Shown here in pieces: positions 1-10,809 of a stretch of DNA of 64,000 bases. Position numbers and translations under genes: made by a program. Each line of letters begins with the position of its first letter. The stretch's first letter is position 1. This DNA comes from Schizochytrium sp. TIO01 (lineage: Eukaryota > Protista > Bigyra: Labyrinthulomycetes). Below the pieces are notes generated by a model that worked only from the letters and a program-made list of their open reading frames with translations, ran no database searches and was not told where the DNA came from. The stretch covers positions 3,882,747 to 3,946,746 of the forward strand of contig SMSO01000037.1 in NCBI GenBank assembly GCA_004764695.1. Reading direction: 5' to 3'.

Positions 1-673
1 GCTTCACAGCATTGTATTCGCGAATGGCCTCACGGTTTGAGCGATCCACCTTAAGCAGAGCCACAAGATCACTCTTGGCCTCCTCAAGATCGCCAAGGCG
101 AGCATAAGCCACTCCACGACGAAAAAGAGCCTTAACACGCTGCTTCTGAAGCTCGTCGGCAGCAAGTTTTTTCGCGTGCTTGCCGTCAAGAGCCTCGATT
201 GCCTCGCTAGCTAGTTTCTTTGATTCTTTGTGCTTCTCGCTGCGAGATTGCACCAAAGCGCTATTCAACAGAAGGGAGGATGTGAGCATAGTCATTTGTA
301 CGCAAACCTCCTCGTCAAGGACCGATGCCTCGAGGTCACGGAGAGGCTTGAGTACCTTGAGACCCTTTTCGTAGAACTTGATAGCCTGGGCATTATCCTT
401 GGACTTAAAGAAATCATTGCCTGAGGATTTGCAGCTTTCAGCGCGAGCAAGACGCTCTTCGGCAGGCCATTGGTCGTCGCCTTCAGGGTCGTCATCAGAA
501 TCGGAGTCTTCGCTAATCGAGTCTGAGTCAGCGCCCACCTTGTCAAAGCGTGAGTAGTCGTTGGCATCTGCCGCAGAAGATACTTTCGTGTTGCCAGTCT
601 CGGCCTCCTGCTGGTCCGAGGCAGACTCCGAGAGGGGCTGCTCAGTCGACGTAAGATCTTCATGCGAGGTCAT
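1..673 (-). CDS. TPR-domain Hsp70/Hsp90 co-chaperone (FKBP51/52- or Cyp40-type TPR) with acidic N-terminus; 3' end runs off the window
   Basis: Translated by hand; absent from the ORF track, whose 292..663 entry is the wrong frame. ATG at 673, open to position 1: MTSHEDL...NDYSRFDKVGADSDSISEDSDSDDD...EERLARAESCKSSGNDFFKSKDNAQAIKFYEKGL...LLLNSALV...VKALFRRGVAYARLGDLEEAKSDLVALLKVDRSNREAIREY. Three TPR motifs carry the clamp residues K/N, N and K/R. Confidence 0.9.
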   Translation of the reverse strand, partial: MTSHEDLTSTEQPLSESASDQQEAETGNTKVSSAADANDYSRFDKVGADSDSISEDSDSDDDPEGDDQWPAEERLARAESCKSSGNDFFKSKDNAQAIKFYEKGLKVLKPLRDLEASVLDEEVCVQMTMLTSSLLLNSALVQSRSEKHKESKKLASEAIEALDGKHAKKLAADELQKQRVKALFRRGVAYARLGDLEEAKSDLVALLKVDRSNREAIREYNAVK

Positions 674-3600
674 TGTGTCAATAAGCTATGGTCTTGATTT
701 AGCCACCAAACTTTGTGTTATTATCTATCCCTTGTTTAAGCGGAGGAGGAGGAGGAGGAGGAGAAGAAGAAGAAGAAGTTAGTGGCGTCTTCTACGCAAA
801 AGTAGAACTACTGTGTTAACCGTGGTGTTCACCAACAAACGAACCACGATGCTCTCCTTGAAGCTCTGGTAAACGCAAAGCTCCACGTGATCTAGGAAGA
901 TCTGTCAACGACACCAGTAAGTCCAGCGACCAAGCTTTACTCTTAATCGACGATTGGTGAATTACAATTTTACTTGCCCAAGCGGTGTACTTGGCCGACC
1001 CACCACGGTGCTCGCTTTCCTGTTCCTAAGCTTTCCACTAATAGAGCCTCTAGCCCACTTCCTTTCTCTTCCTTCCTTGACAAGCTTATGATCCTGTTAG
1101 AGGAATATGCAGCTCGTATTTTATCCCTTTCCGGACACCAAATCTCCATATTAGTGCTTAGGGAGGTTCAATTTTGGACGCATGCTGCCGACGTTCGCGA
1201 AAACGATGCCAGGCCTAACTGTAGTAGCATCGCGACCGCGCACAAAGGGACTTATATTGGCAGAGCAAAAGAGACTTAACTGCTCCGGAAAGAGGCCCAA
1301 GTCCTTAGCAGGAAGAAAGCCTTGCGCTGCGGAAAGAGGAGAGACCGCCTCGATCTGCACCAAGCTCGAAGGCAACTCGAAGAACTTACACACATACATG
1401 CATGCATACATACATGCATACCTACTAGATGCAGGCTATCCGACATGGTCCATGCGGCCTGGGTTTCAAGCTCGTACTAGACTGTGAACCGCACATGACA
1501 GCAGCAGCAGCAGCAGCAGCAGCAGGAGGAAGGAAAGAAAATAAATAAATAGCCAAAACAGAAGACAGAAGAAGACACAGGCACAGGCAAAACGCCAGGA
1601 GCCAAATCGAGCAACGCGAAGCGATCCCCAACTGTGAACCACTAGATTGAACAGCGGAGGGGGACCCATAAGACGCGCTGATCGAAGCAAGATCCCAATA
1701 GTTGAACCGCATCTTTCGCAATGGAGACTGATTGAATCCCACGAACGGGAACACACCGGGTCCGCTATGCGAAACCACCTTGCGGTTAGAGCGACAGTAA
1801 GACACTTCTAAGACGCAGGACAGTTCAAAAGACAGTGAAAACGCGATCTTCACGATTTCCCAAATAAATAACTGTCTTTGGAAAGTATGATGAAATACCT
1901 TTCGAAGGAACTTGGAGCAGGCAGGCAGGCAAGCAGCAGCAAGGCAGGTGCCCTGCTCGAAAGGCGCCCTCGAAGAAGCGCCCACCTATGGATGCGCTTC
2001 AGAGCAGAGCAGAGCAGAGCAGAGCAAGACGATGAGGCGGGACGACGGATGGAAGGCGCGAAGAAAGGGTTTCGCTCGCTTTCACAGTTTTGTTACTGTT
2101 ATGATGGGCTTTTTCCTTTTCAAAGCTGTTTCTTTCTGCCTTTGTTCCTTTCTGACTGATAAAGCACTTGAAATTCTTTGTCTCACTGTATCGCAATAGA
2201 GGAGGAGACAGAGCGTGGGATTTGAAACCTTGAACGCAGCGCAGCGCAGCACCGCCCCACGCCCGCGCCTCGCCTCCTCTCGCAGAACCTTGACCCTGAG
2301 CGCAGTAGAAAGCTGGGGAAGAAGTGGAGAGACTCGCGTTAACCGGCTGAAAGGTCAGGAAAGAGGAAGCAAGCTGCTCCTTCCGAAATCCGAGCGCCAC
2401 GATTTCAAAGGAATCAGGGGCCGGGCTTTGAAAACGCAGCAGAAGGCGAACCTGAGCTCCCTGCCAGCGGCCAGCAAAGAGGCCGCCCGCATCGTTGGCC
2501 TTGTTGCAGGCTCTCCAAGGCTGTTGCGTCAAAGAGAGAGAAAGGAAGGAAGGGAGGAAGGAAGGAGCGAGGACTTGGCGCTGTGGCACGGTGGCACTGT
2601 CTCAATTTTCTCTTTTGAAGTTGAGCATCTCGAACGAACGAGCGAGCGGGCGTGTTCGAGGCTTTGCGAGAAGGCTGACAGGGGAAAGCGTGAACGTCTT
2701 CACGTGCGCCTATTCAATCCTGCCGAGGCCTTGTGCAAAGAAGGCGATCATTTGCTACGGAGCTAGCTCTCGGTCAAAAGTTCATTGCATATCTTCAATC
2801 AGTTCAAATTCACAGAAAAGAAGATCATTCGCGTTGAATCTAGGTGAAGCAGCTGGCTGGCGGAGACTTCTCGAACCTTAAACCGCCCCTTGGCCTGGCC
2901 CTCGCAAGATCAGTCCGAATCGTTTATTGAAGGGTCATCAATCCCTCGCAGGTGGAGCACATTCATGCACACATTCATTCGTTGATTCATTTATTCATTC
3001 ATTTATTCATTCATTTATTCATTCAAAATATAGTCTAGTGCCTGCTATAGACGACCAGTAGGTAGCTCATAGCATTTATTTAACCCCTCATATCACTTAG
3101 CAGCCTATACATTTGCATAGACTTAGGGCGCGCTCAGTTGTACGTACGTACGTACCAGCGAGGCGAGCACGTGCCTAAGCACGCCTGCGTGAGGAGCCTG
3201 AACAAGCGGCAGAGCGCGAGGTCTTGCTTTCTATCAGGGCTCTTGAACGGGTCCGCACCCGCACTGCTGCTGAGGCGCTAGGGTTTCTGCACTGTATCTG
3301 GGGCTTTTCTATTATTTTATTTATCAGGTACATTCAACATCCACATTCCTCTTCATAGTGGTTAGTAGTATCGAGCAAAACCCTATTCGCGGCGTTGCTT
3401 TCGTGCCGCCTCCGTCGCCCAAGCTGCGTGAGGCCAACACTGGGCTGCAGACGTAGAAAGGGCGAGCTTGACCTTGATAGGGACATCAGATCGAACGTCG
3501 CGAGCGCTGAAGGGCGAGGAATCATATACTTTGCGTTGAATCTCGTTTCTTGTGGCCCTCGTTGGAGTCGTGGCCCCGAGTGATTGTGTTAGGAACTCGC

Positions 3601-4873
3601 TATATCTATCTAGCATAAACTCCAGGCGTGACCAAGTCGCCACCACCATCGTCCTTCGCCCCGACGAAGGAGACAAGTTCTTGAAGAAGAACATCAATTA
3701 GCAGAGCTGCGGCAAGAGTCAGAACGAGACGGGAGGCTACGTGGGTGACCTTCGGGGCGTTCATATCGCAGGATACGCCTCTGGCCTCTCGGGGAGAGGA
3801 CAAAGCCACGCAACACGCGAATTGGCGAGGAGCGTGACGGTAAAAGAAAAAGATACATCTACAAGTAGCTATTGTACTAACTACCCACGTACCGTACGTA
3901 GTATTAGCAAAGGAAACTTGGAGAAAAAGAAGAGAGGAAAAGAAAGAGACCTGAACCGGCGTGTTGATTGCAAGTGCGCGGACTGTGCATCCTTTCTTCC
4001 TGTAGGAATCTTGATTGATTGATTTGGTTGATTCAAACCGAAGAACGAAGCACCGGTGTGGCGAAGCCTTTGGTTTTCAGTGAAGAGCGTGACAGGGCTG
4101 GAGCTCTATCAGGAGACTCGCTTCCTGCGGGGGTACTTTGGCGAAGAAGTAGGAAAGCTACCCAACGGAGCGAGCTGCCGTTGTCTGCGTTTTTGGCAAC
4201 TGGCGAATACGCGGTTTTGGCAGATCTCGCCGCCTCTCTGGGAGAAAGCTTGATAGGCTGGGAAGGAAAAGAGAACGTTGTGTGCTTAGCTACCTACTAT
4301 TTATTCGTTCTCTCCTCCCTTTCTTCCTTTTCTTTTCTGTTCTTTTCCTTTTTCTTGTTTTTGTGTTTCTTAATTTGGGCTCTCTTTCTGTTTCTCTTCT
4401 CTTTCTTTTCACAACTAGTGCACTTATTGACTCGCTTTCCCTCTTTTCTTCAATCAATCGCTTCATTTATTAAACTGACAATCCGTCGATCAGCCACTCA
4501 CTCCCTCACTCGCTCGCCCGGCGCTTAACAATACACTCGATCGCTCGTCCACTGATTCCAAGGATTGATTGATTGCCTGCCGAAGGAGTTTTGCAAAATC
4601 TCAACTGGCCTGCTTCACTGGGCTTGCGGAAACTAACTTCAAGCAAGTGCTACCAGCCGCCGGGTAGAAAATAGAGTAGCACTACCTAGAATACTGCAAC
4701 GTAGATACGACTTTTGAGTAGATCAAGCAGCGAACTCGCAAGCATCGCTCTCTGGGGAACGAACGGCCCGGCTGAGGTGGCGCTATCTTTTCTCACACTC
4801 ACTACATAACCTACTCCTTTCATCATATACCCTGAGAAGGAAGTAGCTGCCCCTGTCTGCTTGATTTGATTGG

Positions 4874-4961
4874 GTAAGTAAGTGATACATAGGTTTACGT
4901 GGCAGAGCTTCCCTAAACTCTTATTTGCTCATCCTAATTGCTTACCGTCTCTACAATACAG
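4874..4961 (+). other. Putative 88-nt spliceosomal intron in the 5' leader of the PH/ankyrin gene
   Basis: GTAAGT donor at 4874, CCTAAT branch-like motif at about 4933, pyrimidine-rich tract, ACAG acceptor ending 4961; first in-frame ATG at 5082. Confidence 0.55.
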
Positions 4962-5081
4962 AGAGGTAGGGCCAACAAATCCCAAATAGGGGCTGCGCCA
5001 CGACGACAGCATCGACCGCGTCGCGCAGAACTCTGCACAAATTTTTCTCTGCAACTAGCAGGAATACTTTGTGCTAAAAGG

Positions 5082-5888
5082 ATGCCGCCACAAAGAGTGC
5101 GACTGCATTTAGAGGCTGATGGCATCGAAACAGCATCAAACCCTGTCATGGTCCGTGCCCGTGTCACATCAACCTCATCCGAAGAGGGTTTCGAACCACA
5201 ACTATACCATGGAGCTACTAATGTACAATCAGTTGACTGCAACTTTGAATCCAAGGCAAACGGTTATTCGGTGAACCATCAATTATGCCGTCACGATGCA
5301 GCCCTTGCGCATGAGCTATCTAGAACAGGATGTGCTCTCTGGGTCCATGTAGATGATGAAGTTGAAGTAGACGTGGCTTGTAGCCAGGATTTGCGCGGGC
5401 GCAAACTTGTCCATATTAACCAATCCTACCAGACACCAAGGGACGAACTTATTCAACTTTTTAATGTCCATGATGGTTCCTTTGCAGGCAACTCCCATAT
5501 CCGAATTCGCATCGATTCAGATGTAGAACACCACCAGCAATTCTCAAATACATTTGACAGCACCAGCACATCAGCCAGCATGACAAGTAACGACGGGACA
5601 AGTCCTCGTGGCAATATGTCCGCAAAACATCAAACAAAACAGCAATGTCAACAACAGGAAAGCAGATCCAAGTCCGCTTGTCCTACTAACATGAGCAATC
5701 AAACACAAACTGAGATGGAACGTAGTCATGCGCATCAACATCATTACTCCAAACGCACAGATTCATGGAAGAAGCTTGAACATACAAACGAGCTTGGGTG
5801 CAGTGGAGGAGAAGGACAGAATGATGGCGGTAGCCTTGGGCTACCTATCGATTCGCAAACAACATCAATTTCAACAAACGTCTGCTGA
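5082..5888 (+). CDS. Probable N-terminal part of the PH/ankyrin protein (beta-rich, possibly C2-like domain plus disordered linker)
   Basis: 268-codon ORF from ATG 5082 (MPPQRVRLHLEADG...AGNSHIRIRID) followed by Q/S/T/H-rich sequence. It overlaps the next ORF, which is in the +1 frame. Confidence 0.6.
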   Translation: MPPQRVRLHLEADGIETASNPVMVRARVTSTSSEEGFEPQLYHGATNVQSVDCNFESKANGYSVNHQLCRHDAALAHELSRTGCALWVHVDDEVEVDVACSQDLRGRKLVHINQSYQTPRDELIQLFNVHDGSFAGNSHIRIRIDSDVEHHQQFSNTFDSTSTSASMTSNDGTSPRGNMSAKHQTKQQCQQQESRSKSACPTNMSNQTQTEMERSHAHQHHYSKRTDSWKKLEHTNELGCSGGEGQNDGGSLGLPIDSQTTSISTNVC

Positions 5889-8175
5889 CAGTCCCATTAT
5901 GTTGTTCTCATCGAACGAAAAGGCAAGTGAACAAACGCAAACAACTAAATTTGAGGGATCTGATTCACTGGAAGAGAATTTAGGTATAAGAGAAGAGGAA
6001 ACTACTTTGCCGCCTCCAAGTACAATAGAAACGTCAATTAGGCCTACACATGGAAAAGGACTTCAAATAAAGAAACAGTCTTCTTCACGCCAGTTACACG
6101 GAGAAGGTTACGAGCAGGACCAAGAACATCAGATGGACGAAAGTTTCGAACAACTTAAAGATAATCAAAACCCCGATCCACCAACACGCCATAACTACGC
6201 CGTACCTGAACTACCACCATTGCCGCCTTCCATGCGAAGTCTAGGCGTACTCAAAGCTCGAGGGTGGCTGTGGTATCAGTCCCGCATGATCTGGCAGTCT
6301 CGCTTCTTTATGTTTTTTGAGAATGGTAGTCTTGTATACTATCCACACCAAATGACCGAGCAAGAAGCCCGAAGCAATCCTCCAGAGGGCAGGATCGACC
6401 TGACCAAAGATACCATCATCGAAAAAACTGCCAACAGCACACTCAAGCGTTTTCGCTTCAGTATCACCCGGCGTGGCAATGTTGTCGCTCGACTTGCAGC
6501 AGAATCTGTGCACGAACGTGACCAATGGTGTGAAACTATGGGAATACATTTCCGCGCCCAATTCGCCGCCTCGTCCCGGGCCGTTACCAATGACGTCACC
6601 ACAGAGTCCTCAGATAAACCCACTCCTGGGCGACGCCTTGGTGACCTGCGAGGGAGTATGAACATACTTGCACAAGCGAGTCAGGAAAGTATCGATCTCT
6701 TGCTTTCAACAGTGACTTCAGCAGCATCGCTAATGAGAGCCCGCAATGCACCTCGATATTCTATCAATCCAAGAATTCCCACTTCCAGGAATTGGCCAAT
6801 ACAGAATGGGCTCACGGACTCTTCTCCACCTGATGGAAGCAGCGTAAACACACTGGATGATCTTCTTAAGCATCAACAGCAACTCTCACAAAAGCAACAG
6901 CTCCGCCGTCGCCCACGCTTGAAACTGTCCTCTAATCACGATATTGCTGAAGCATTGGGCCAGCTTTCGCGGGCTACAGCCGAGCTCAATGTTGAAGCCG
7001 TGCGAGAGTGCTTAGATATTCTGGGTGACATTACTTGTGTGCCTGGCCTTGAAGAAGATGATTCTCCAGATGAAAGTATTGATGGTGTGCAAGATCGTCA
7101 GCTACAGCAAGGGCCAACCCCAGCTCTGCATTTGCTATTTGACGAAGAATACCTTCGTCTTGTTAATGATGATCTGCATGGTGCTGCGCGCCGACGAATT
7201 GTTGAGCTTTTAGTACGCCATAATCCGCGTGCTGCCTCTATACGTATCCAGAATTGCCATGTTCGCTGTCGTGAAGGCGACTATGTCTTACATGCTGAAC
7301 TTCGACGTGCCCAGCCTGATTTGTGTATCCTCGAAGCAATTCTACAGACTGCCCCAGAAGCGCTCTATAGGTCCAACGAACTGTCTGGCGAATACCCCAT
7401 TCATCTTGCATGCAGTCGACTTCAGGTCAGTGCTGTCCGTGTACTCTTACGCCACGACCGGCACTGTGCTACGATGCGCAATGGTAAAACACTTGATTAT
7501 CCCATTCACGCTGCTTTAAACCCTTCTGCTCCTGAGGGATTTCCTTCGGGCAGAGACTTTGCTATTGCTTACGACAAAGATGTCTTGCAGATTGTGGATG
7601 CTCTCGCTCATACATTTCATCGAATCATCCAGCGGTCTGGAAAACGTGGAAGTCCTCACGGGTCCTCATGGCAAAGAGACTCAACAGTTTCATCCGCATC
7701 CTCCACACCCGATCCTCTCGAATCGACCAATGCCTCTGCACAGTCTGTTTTACATCTTGCCGCTCGTTTCCACTCAGCACGAGTGGTGCGCTGCATTCTT
7801 AAACTGGCGCAATCCACAACGAGTGCAGATCGACTTTTAGAGACTCAAGACCACGATTTGTCCACGCCACTGCATGTAGCAGCTGCACGCGTCAATGAAT
7901 CGGAGTCCCTGGTTGCACTCGACGTTTTTTCCGAACTTGCTTTACATTTTTATCACGTCTGGCCAGATCGTCAAGGTGCTTCACCCGCCGATCTGATTAC
8001 AGATATTCCTCTGCGCCGAAAGTTGACCGCCCGCTTTCGGCCCCGCTCTCGCTCTTCAATCGCGAGGGTTTCGCCCATTTTTAACAGCGAAAACTCTTTC
8101 AAGAATATTGGTTCAGATTCACAGGATCCGCGTCATCAGCGAAGCTGCTGGTCGGTTCTTTTTTGCAGATCTTAA
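5728..8175 (+). CDS. PH domain plus ankyrin-repeat protein
   Basis: PH: ARGWLWYQSRMIWQSRFFMF...LVYY...PEGRIDL...FSI...RLAAESVHERDQWCE. Ankyrin repeats: GEYPIHLAC, DYPIHAAL, QSVLHLAARF, STPLHVAA, QGASPADL. The true start is probably 5082, via a frameshift or intron. Confidence 0.88.
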   Translation: MRINIITPNAQIHGRSLNIQTSLGAVEEKDRMMAVALGYLSIRKQHQFQQTSADSPIMLFSSNEKASEQTQTTKFEGSDSLEENLGIREEETTLPPPSTIETSIRPTHGKGLQIKKQSSSRQLHGEGYEQDQEHQMDESFEQLKDNQNPDPPTRHNYAVPELPPLPPSMRSLGVLKARGWLWYQSRMIWQSRFFMFFENGSLVYYPHQMTEQEARSNPPEGRIDLTKDTIIEKTANSTLKRFRFSITRRGNVVARLAAESVHERDQWCETMGIHFRAQFAASSRAVTNDVTTESSDKPTPGRRLGDLRGSMNILAQASQESIDLLLSTVTSAASLMRARNAPRYSINPRIPTSRNWPIQNGLTDSSPPDGSSVNTLDDLLKHQQQLSQKQQLRRRPRLKLSSNHDIAEALGQLSRATAELNVEAVRECLDILGDITCVPGLEEDDSPDESIDGVQDRQLQQGPTPALHLLFDEEYLRLVNDDLHGAARRRIVELLVRHNPRAASIRIQNCHVRCREGDYVLHAELRRAQPDLCILEAILQTAPEALYRSNELSGEYPIHLACSRLQVSAVRVLLRHDRHCATMRNGKTLDYPIHAALNPSAPEGFPSGRDFAIAYDKDVLQIVDALAHTFHRIIQRSGKRGSPHGSSWQRDSTVSSASSTPDPLESTNASAQSVLHLAARFHSARVVRCILKLAQSTTSADRLLETQDHDLSTPLHVAAARVNESESLVALDVFSELALHFYHVWPDRQGASPADLITDIPLRRKLTARFRPRSRSSIARVSPIFNSENSFKNIGSDSQDPRHQRSCWSVLFCRS

Positions 8176-8912
8176 CTTCCTGACTTCCAAAGGCTAAATT
8201 CGAGTTATTTAATTTCATAACTTGAGAAGATAGTATCATACGAACACCCGCTGTCGTCTTACTCTGCATTCGAACGGCCGGCGTAGATCTCTCTCACAAC
8301 TCAGATATCACTGCTTCGACACTCATTTTTCGAAAACACAAACATCTCAATTTGATATGGCCATCAAGCCATAGACCCAATATGGTCGATTTATTCCTTA
8401 TTTACATTAACTTATCAGTATCTCTTAATTTATGCATGCATACCTAAGGTACCTACCACTTCTACAACAGGCCGCAGGTGGCCACAGCGCCGCACGTGCG
8501 CGAGCTCTGCAGCGGAGAGTGCCACCTCAATTTCACATAGTACCTTATTATACTGTAGGACAGACAAGCCTTTAAAGGAATTTCCATGCCCCGATGAAAG
8601 GACACTTAATCGCTATAACTCACTTGTAGTTCAACAGTAAGTTAAGAAAACAAAGACAAAGCCCCTGGGAATTTGAGAAAGAAGTGTTCTGCTCTTATCT
8701 TATCTATTGCTTAAGTACGTGTATTACAGGCAGCTAGCAAAGTAATGCTATGCTGAGAAGGAGCGATTGAGATGAAAGCATCGATGATGCTGGAGCAATA
8801 AAATCGCGCGGCAGAGTAGTTATTGGGAGGGGCCCTAAGCTTCCTACGCATCGATTTGACTCTTGAGCTGGTCTAGGTGTTTTTAGGTGTCAAGGCGAGG
8901 TTGGCCGGCACG

Positions 8913-10337
8913 ATGATGAACCTGGAATGGCTTCGGAAGGCTGTCAAGGCCGCCATGGGCGATCCTCGTCGCAGAAATGCGGTGCTGGCGGCGGTAGCGC
9001 TCTTGGCGGTTTCTGCAATTCTGAGACGTGGAAGATCTCGTTCTGCTACCAAACTATCTCAAGAAGCAGCAGCAAAACTTTCCCAAAAGGCGGTACAGGA
9101 AATGGTGCGGCAGCGAGTGCCTTTCAGTCAGTTCTTGCGGCAAGTTGAAGATGGTCTTGTGGCAGATGTGAAGCTCGGTTCGCAAATTGTAGAATTTTCT
9201 CTCTCTGAAAAGGCTTCTCAAGCCGCCGGAAATACCATGTCGAAGATCCTTTTCACAGAACCAGTCCGCGTTCAACCGGGTCTCGTGGAGTTTCTGCACG
9301 AACACAAGGTTCCCTTCGACGAACTCATCATTCGCAGTGAGGAAGTTGCCGGCCCTGACGGCTTCAGGCTTGCCTCCATGATCCTGCTCCCTGCAATCTA
9401 CTTAGCTCTGTGTGGATACGTCATCAAACGTATCTACGATCAAACGAACGGAGGTGACGTTGGCACTCTCAACAACGCATCCGACAACACGATGACCTCG
9501 AGTGGGCCTGGAATTCGCAAAACCATGTTCTCAGACGTCGCGGGACTTGGACCTACCCGAGAAGTTGTTGAGGAGGTTGCAGACTTCTTAAAACACCCTG
9601 AGCGCTATACACGTGTTGGTGCTCGCCTTCCAACAGGGATTCTATTGGTCGGACCGCCAGGTACTGGTAAAACAATGCTGGCACGCGCCATGGCAAATGA
9701 ATGCGGATTGCCCTTCTTTCACTGCTCAGGAAGTGACTTTGTAGAGGTTTATGCTGGGCGAGGTGCCAGCCGTGTACGCAGCCTCTTTGCCAAGGCACGC
9801 AAGGCTGCGCCATGTGTGCTATTCTTTGATGAAATTGATGCTCTTGGAAAAAGTCGTAGTGCAGAGTTTAGCATGAACGAGGAGCGCGAACAGACGCTCA
9901 ATCAACTTCTTGCTTCAATGGATGGCTTTGGGTCAGAAAAACGTATCGTGGTCATGGCGGCAACAAACCGATATGATGTTTTGGACAAGGCTCTTGTGCG
10001 CCCGGGACGTTTCGATCGAGTGATATACGTTGACAAGCCAGACCAGGAAGGCCGAGCTGGAATCCTTAAGGTTCACACACGCCACATGAGCTTATCAGAG
10101 GACTGTGACTTAGACATTATCGCATCAATGTGTCCCGGGTACACTGGAGCTGAGCTTGCCATGATCTGTAATGAAGCTGCTATTCGCGCCGCCCGCGATA
10201 AGCGGGACGAGCTTTTTACTGATGACTTTCTGGTTGCGCTACGCACACACAAGGAAAGCGTGTCTCGTCGGGACATGAAACCATCGAGAAGTGGAGCTGA
10301 TATTATGGGACAGCTCTTTGGAGGCGGCATGAACTAG
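8913..10337 (+). CDS. FtsH-like membrane-anchored AAA+ ATPase lacking the M41 peptidase domain
   Basis: TM1 (AVLAAVALLAVSAIL), FtsH extracellular-type motif VPFSQFLRQVEDGLVADVKL, TM2, FSDVAG, Walker A GPPGTGKT, pore loop FVEVYAG, Walker B LFFDEID, EREQTLNQLL, SRH ATNRYDVLDKALVRPGRFDR and lid. Stops after the lid with no HExxH. First ATG at 8913. Confidence 0.9.
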   Translation: MMNLEWLRKAVKAAMGDPRRRNAVLAAVALLAVSAILRRGRSRSATKLSQEAAAKLSQKAVQEMVRQRVPFSQFLRQVEDGLVADVKLGSQIVEFSLSEKASQAAGNTMSKILFTEPVRVQPGLVEFLHEHKVPFDELIIRSEEVAGPDGFRLASMILLPAIYLALCGYVIKRIYDQTNGGDVGTLNNASDNTMTSSGPGIRKTMFSDVAGLGPTREVVEEVADFLKHPERYTRVGARLPTGILLVGPPGTGKTMLARAMANECGLPFFHCSGSDFVEVYAGRGASRVRSLFAKARKAAPCVLFFDEIDALGKSRSAEFSMNEEREQTLNQLLASMDGFGSEKRIVVMAATNRYDVLDKALVRPGRFDRVIYVDKPDQEGRAGILKVHTRHMSLSEDCDLDIIASMCPGYTGAELAMICNEAAIRAARDKRDELFTDDFLVALRTHKESVSRRDMKPSRSGADIMGQLFGGGMN

Positions 10338-10650
10338 CTGGCTATAGCTAACCTTATTGATTCTTGTGATTCTATGCATACAAATCGTCCGCTATATTGG
10401 TGTTTACTTTCTAGCAAAATATATATTTCAACTACCTTTTACTTTTTCGTATGAACAACCGAAGAGCAGAGTAAGATTATGTATTAGCTTGCTAGCTAGC
10501 CTCGTTGATTTTTGTGATTCTATTCATACAAATTGTCCAGTATATTTGGGCTTTTACTTTCTAACATACTAGTGCATATTTTTTAATTGCATATTACCTT
10601 TTATCATGGATAAACAAAAGAAAAGATAATATACTAGTTTACAAGCTGAC
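10335..10650. repeat. Diverged ~150-bp tandem duplication between the convergent 3' ends of the FtsH-like gene and WDR92
   Basis: ttgattcttgtgattctatgcatacaaatcgtccgctatattggtgtttactttcta (~10357) matches ttgatttttgtgattctattcatacaaattgtccagtatatttgggcttttactttcta (~10505). Boundaries are approximate. Confidence 0.75.
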
Positions 10651-10809
10651 TATCCTGAGGCATGATAGATTTACTTTGCAAATCTACACTCCAGGCACTG
10701 CGGCGACCATCTTTTAACAAAAACAGATTATCTCATTGTGACAGGCGGAACGGGACGGGACGTTCATTTACTTGTACAAACAATAAATGCAAGAATCACA
10801 GTATATTTC

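Noticed and set aside
292-663. 123-aa minus-strand ORF in the track
   Set aside because: Off-frame shadow of the real TPR gene (ATG 673).
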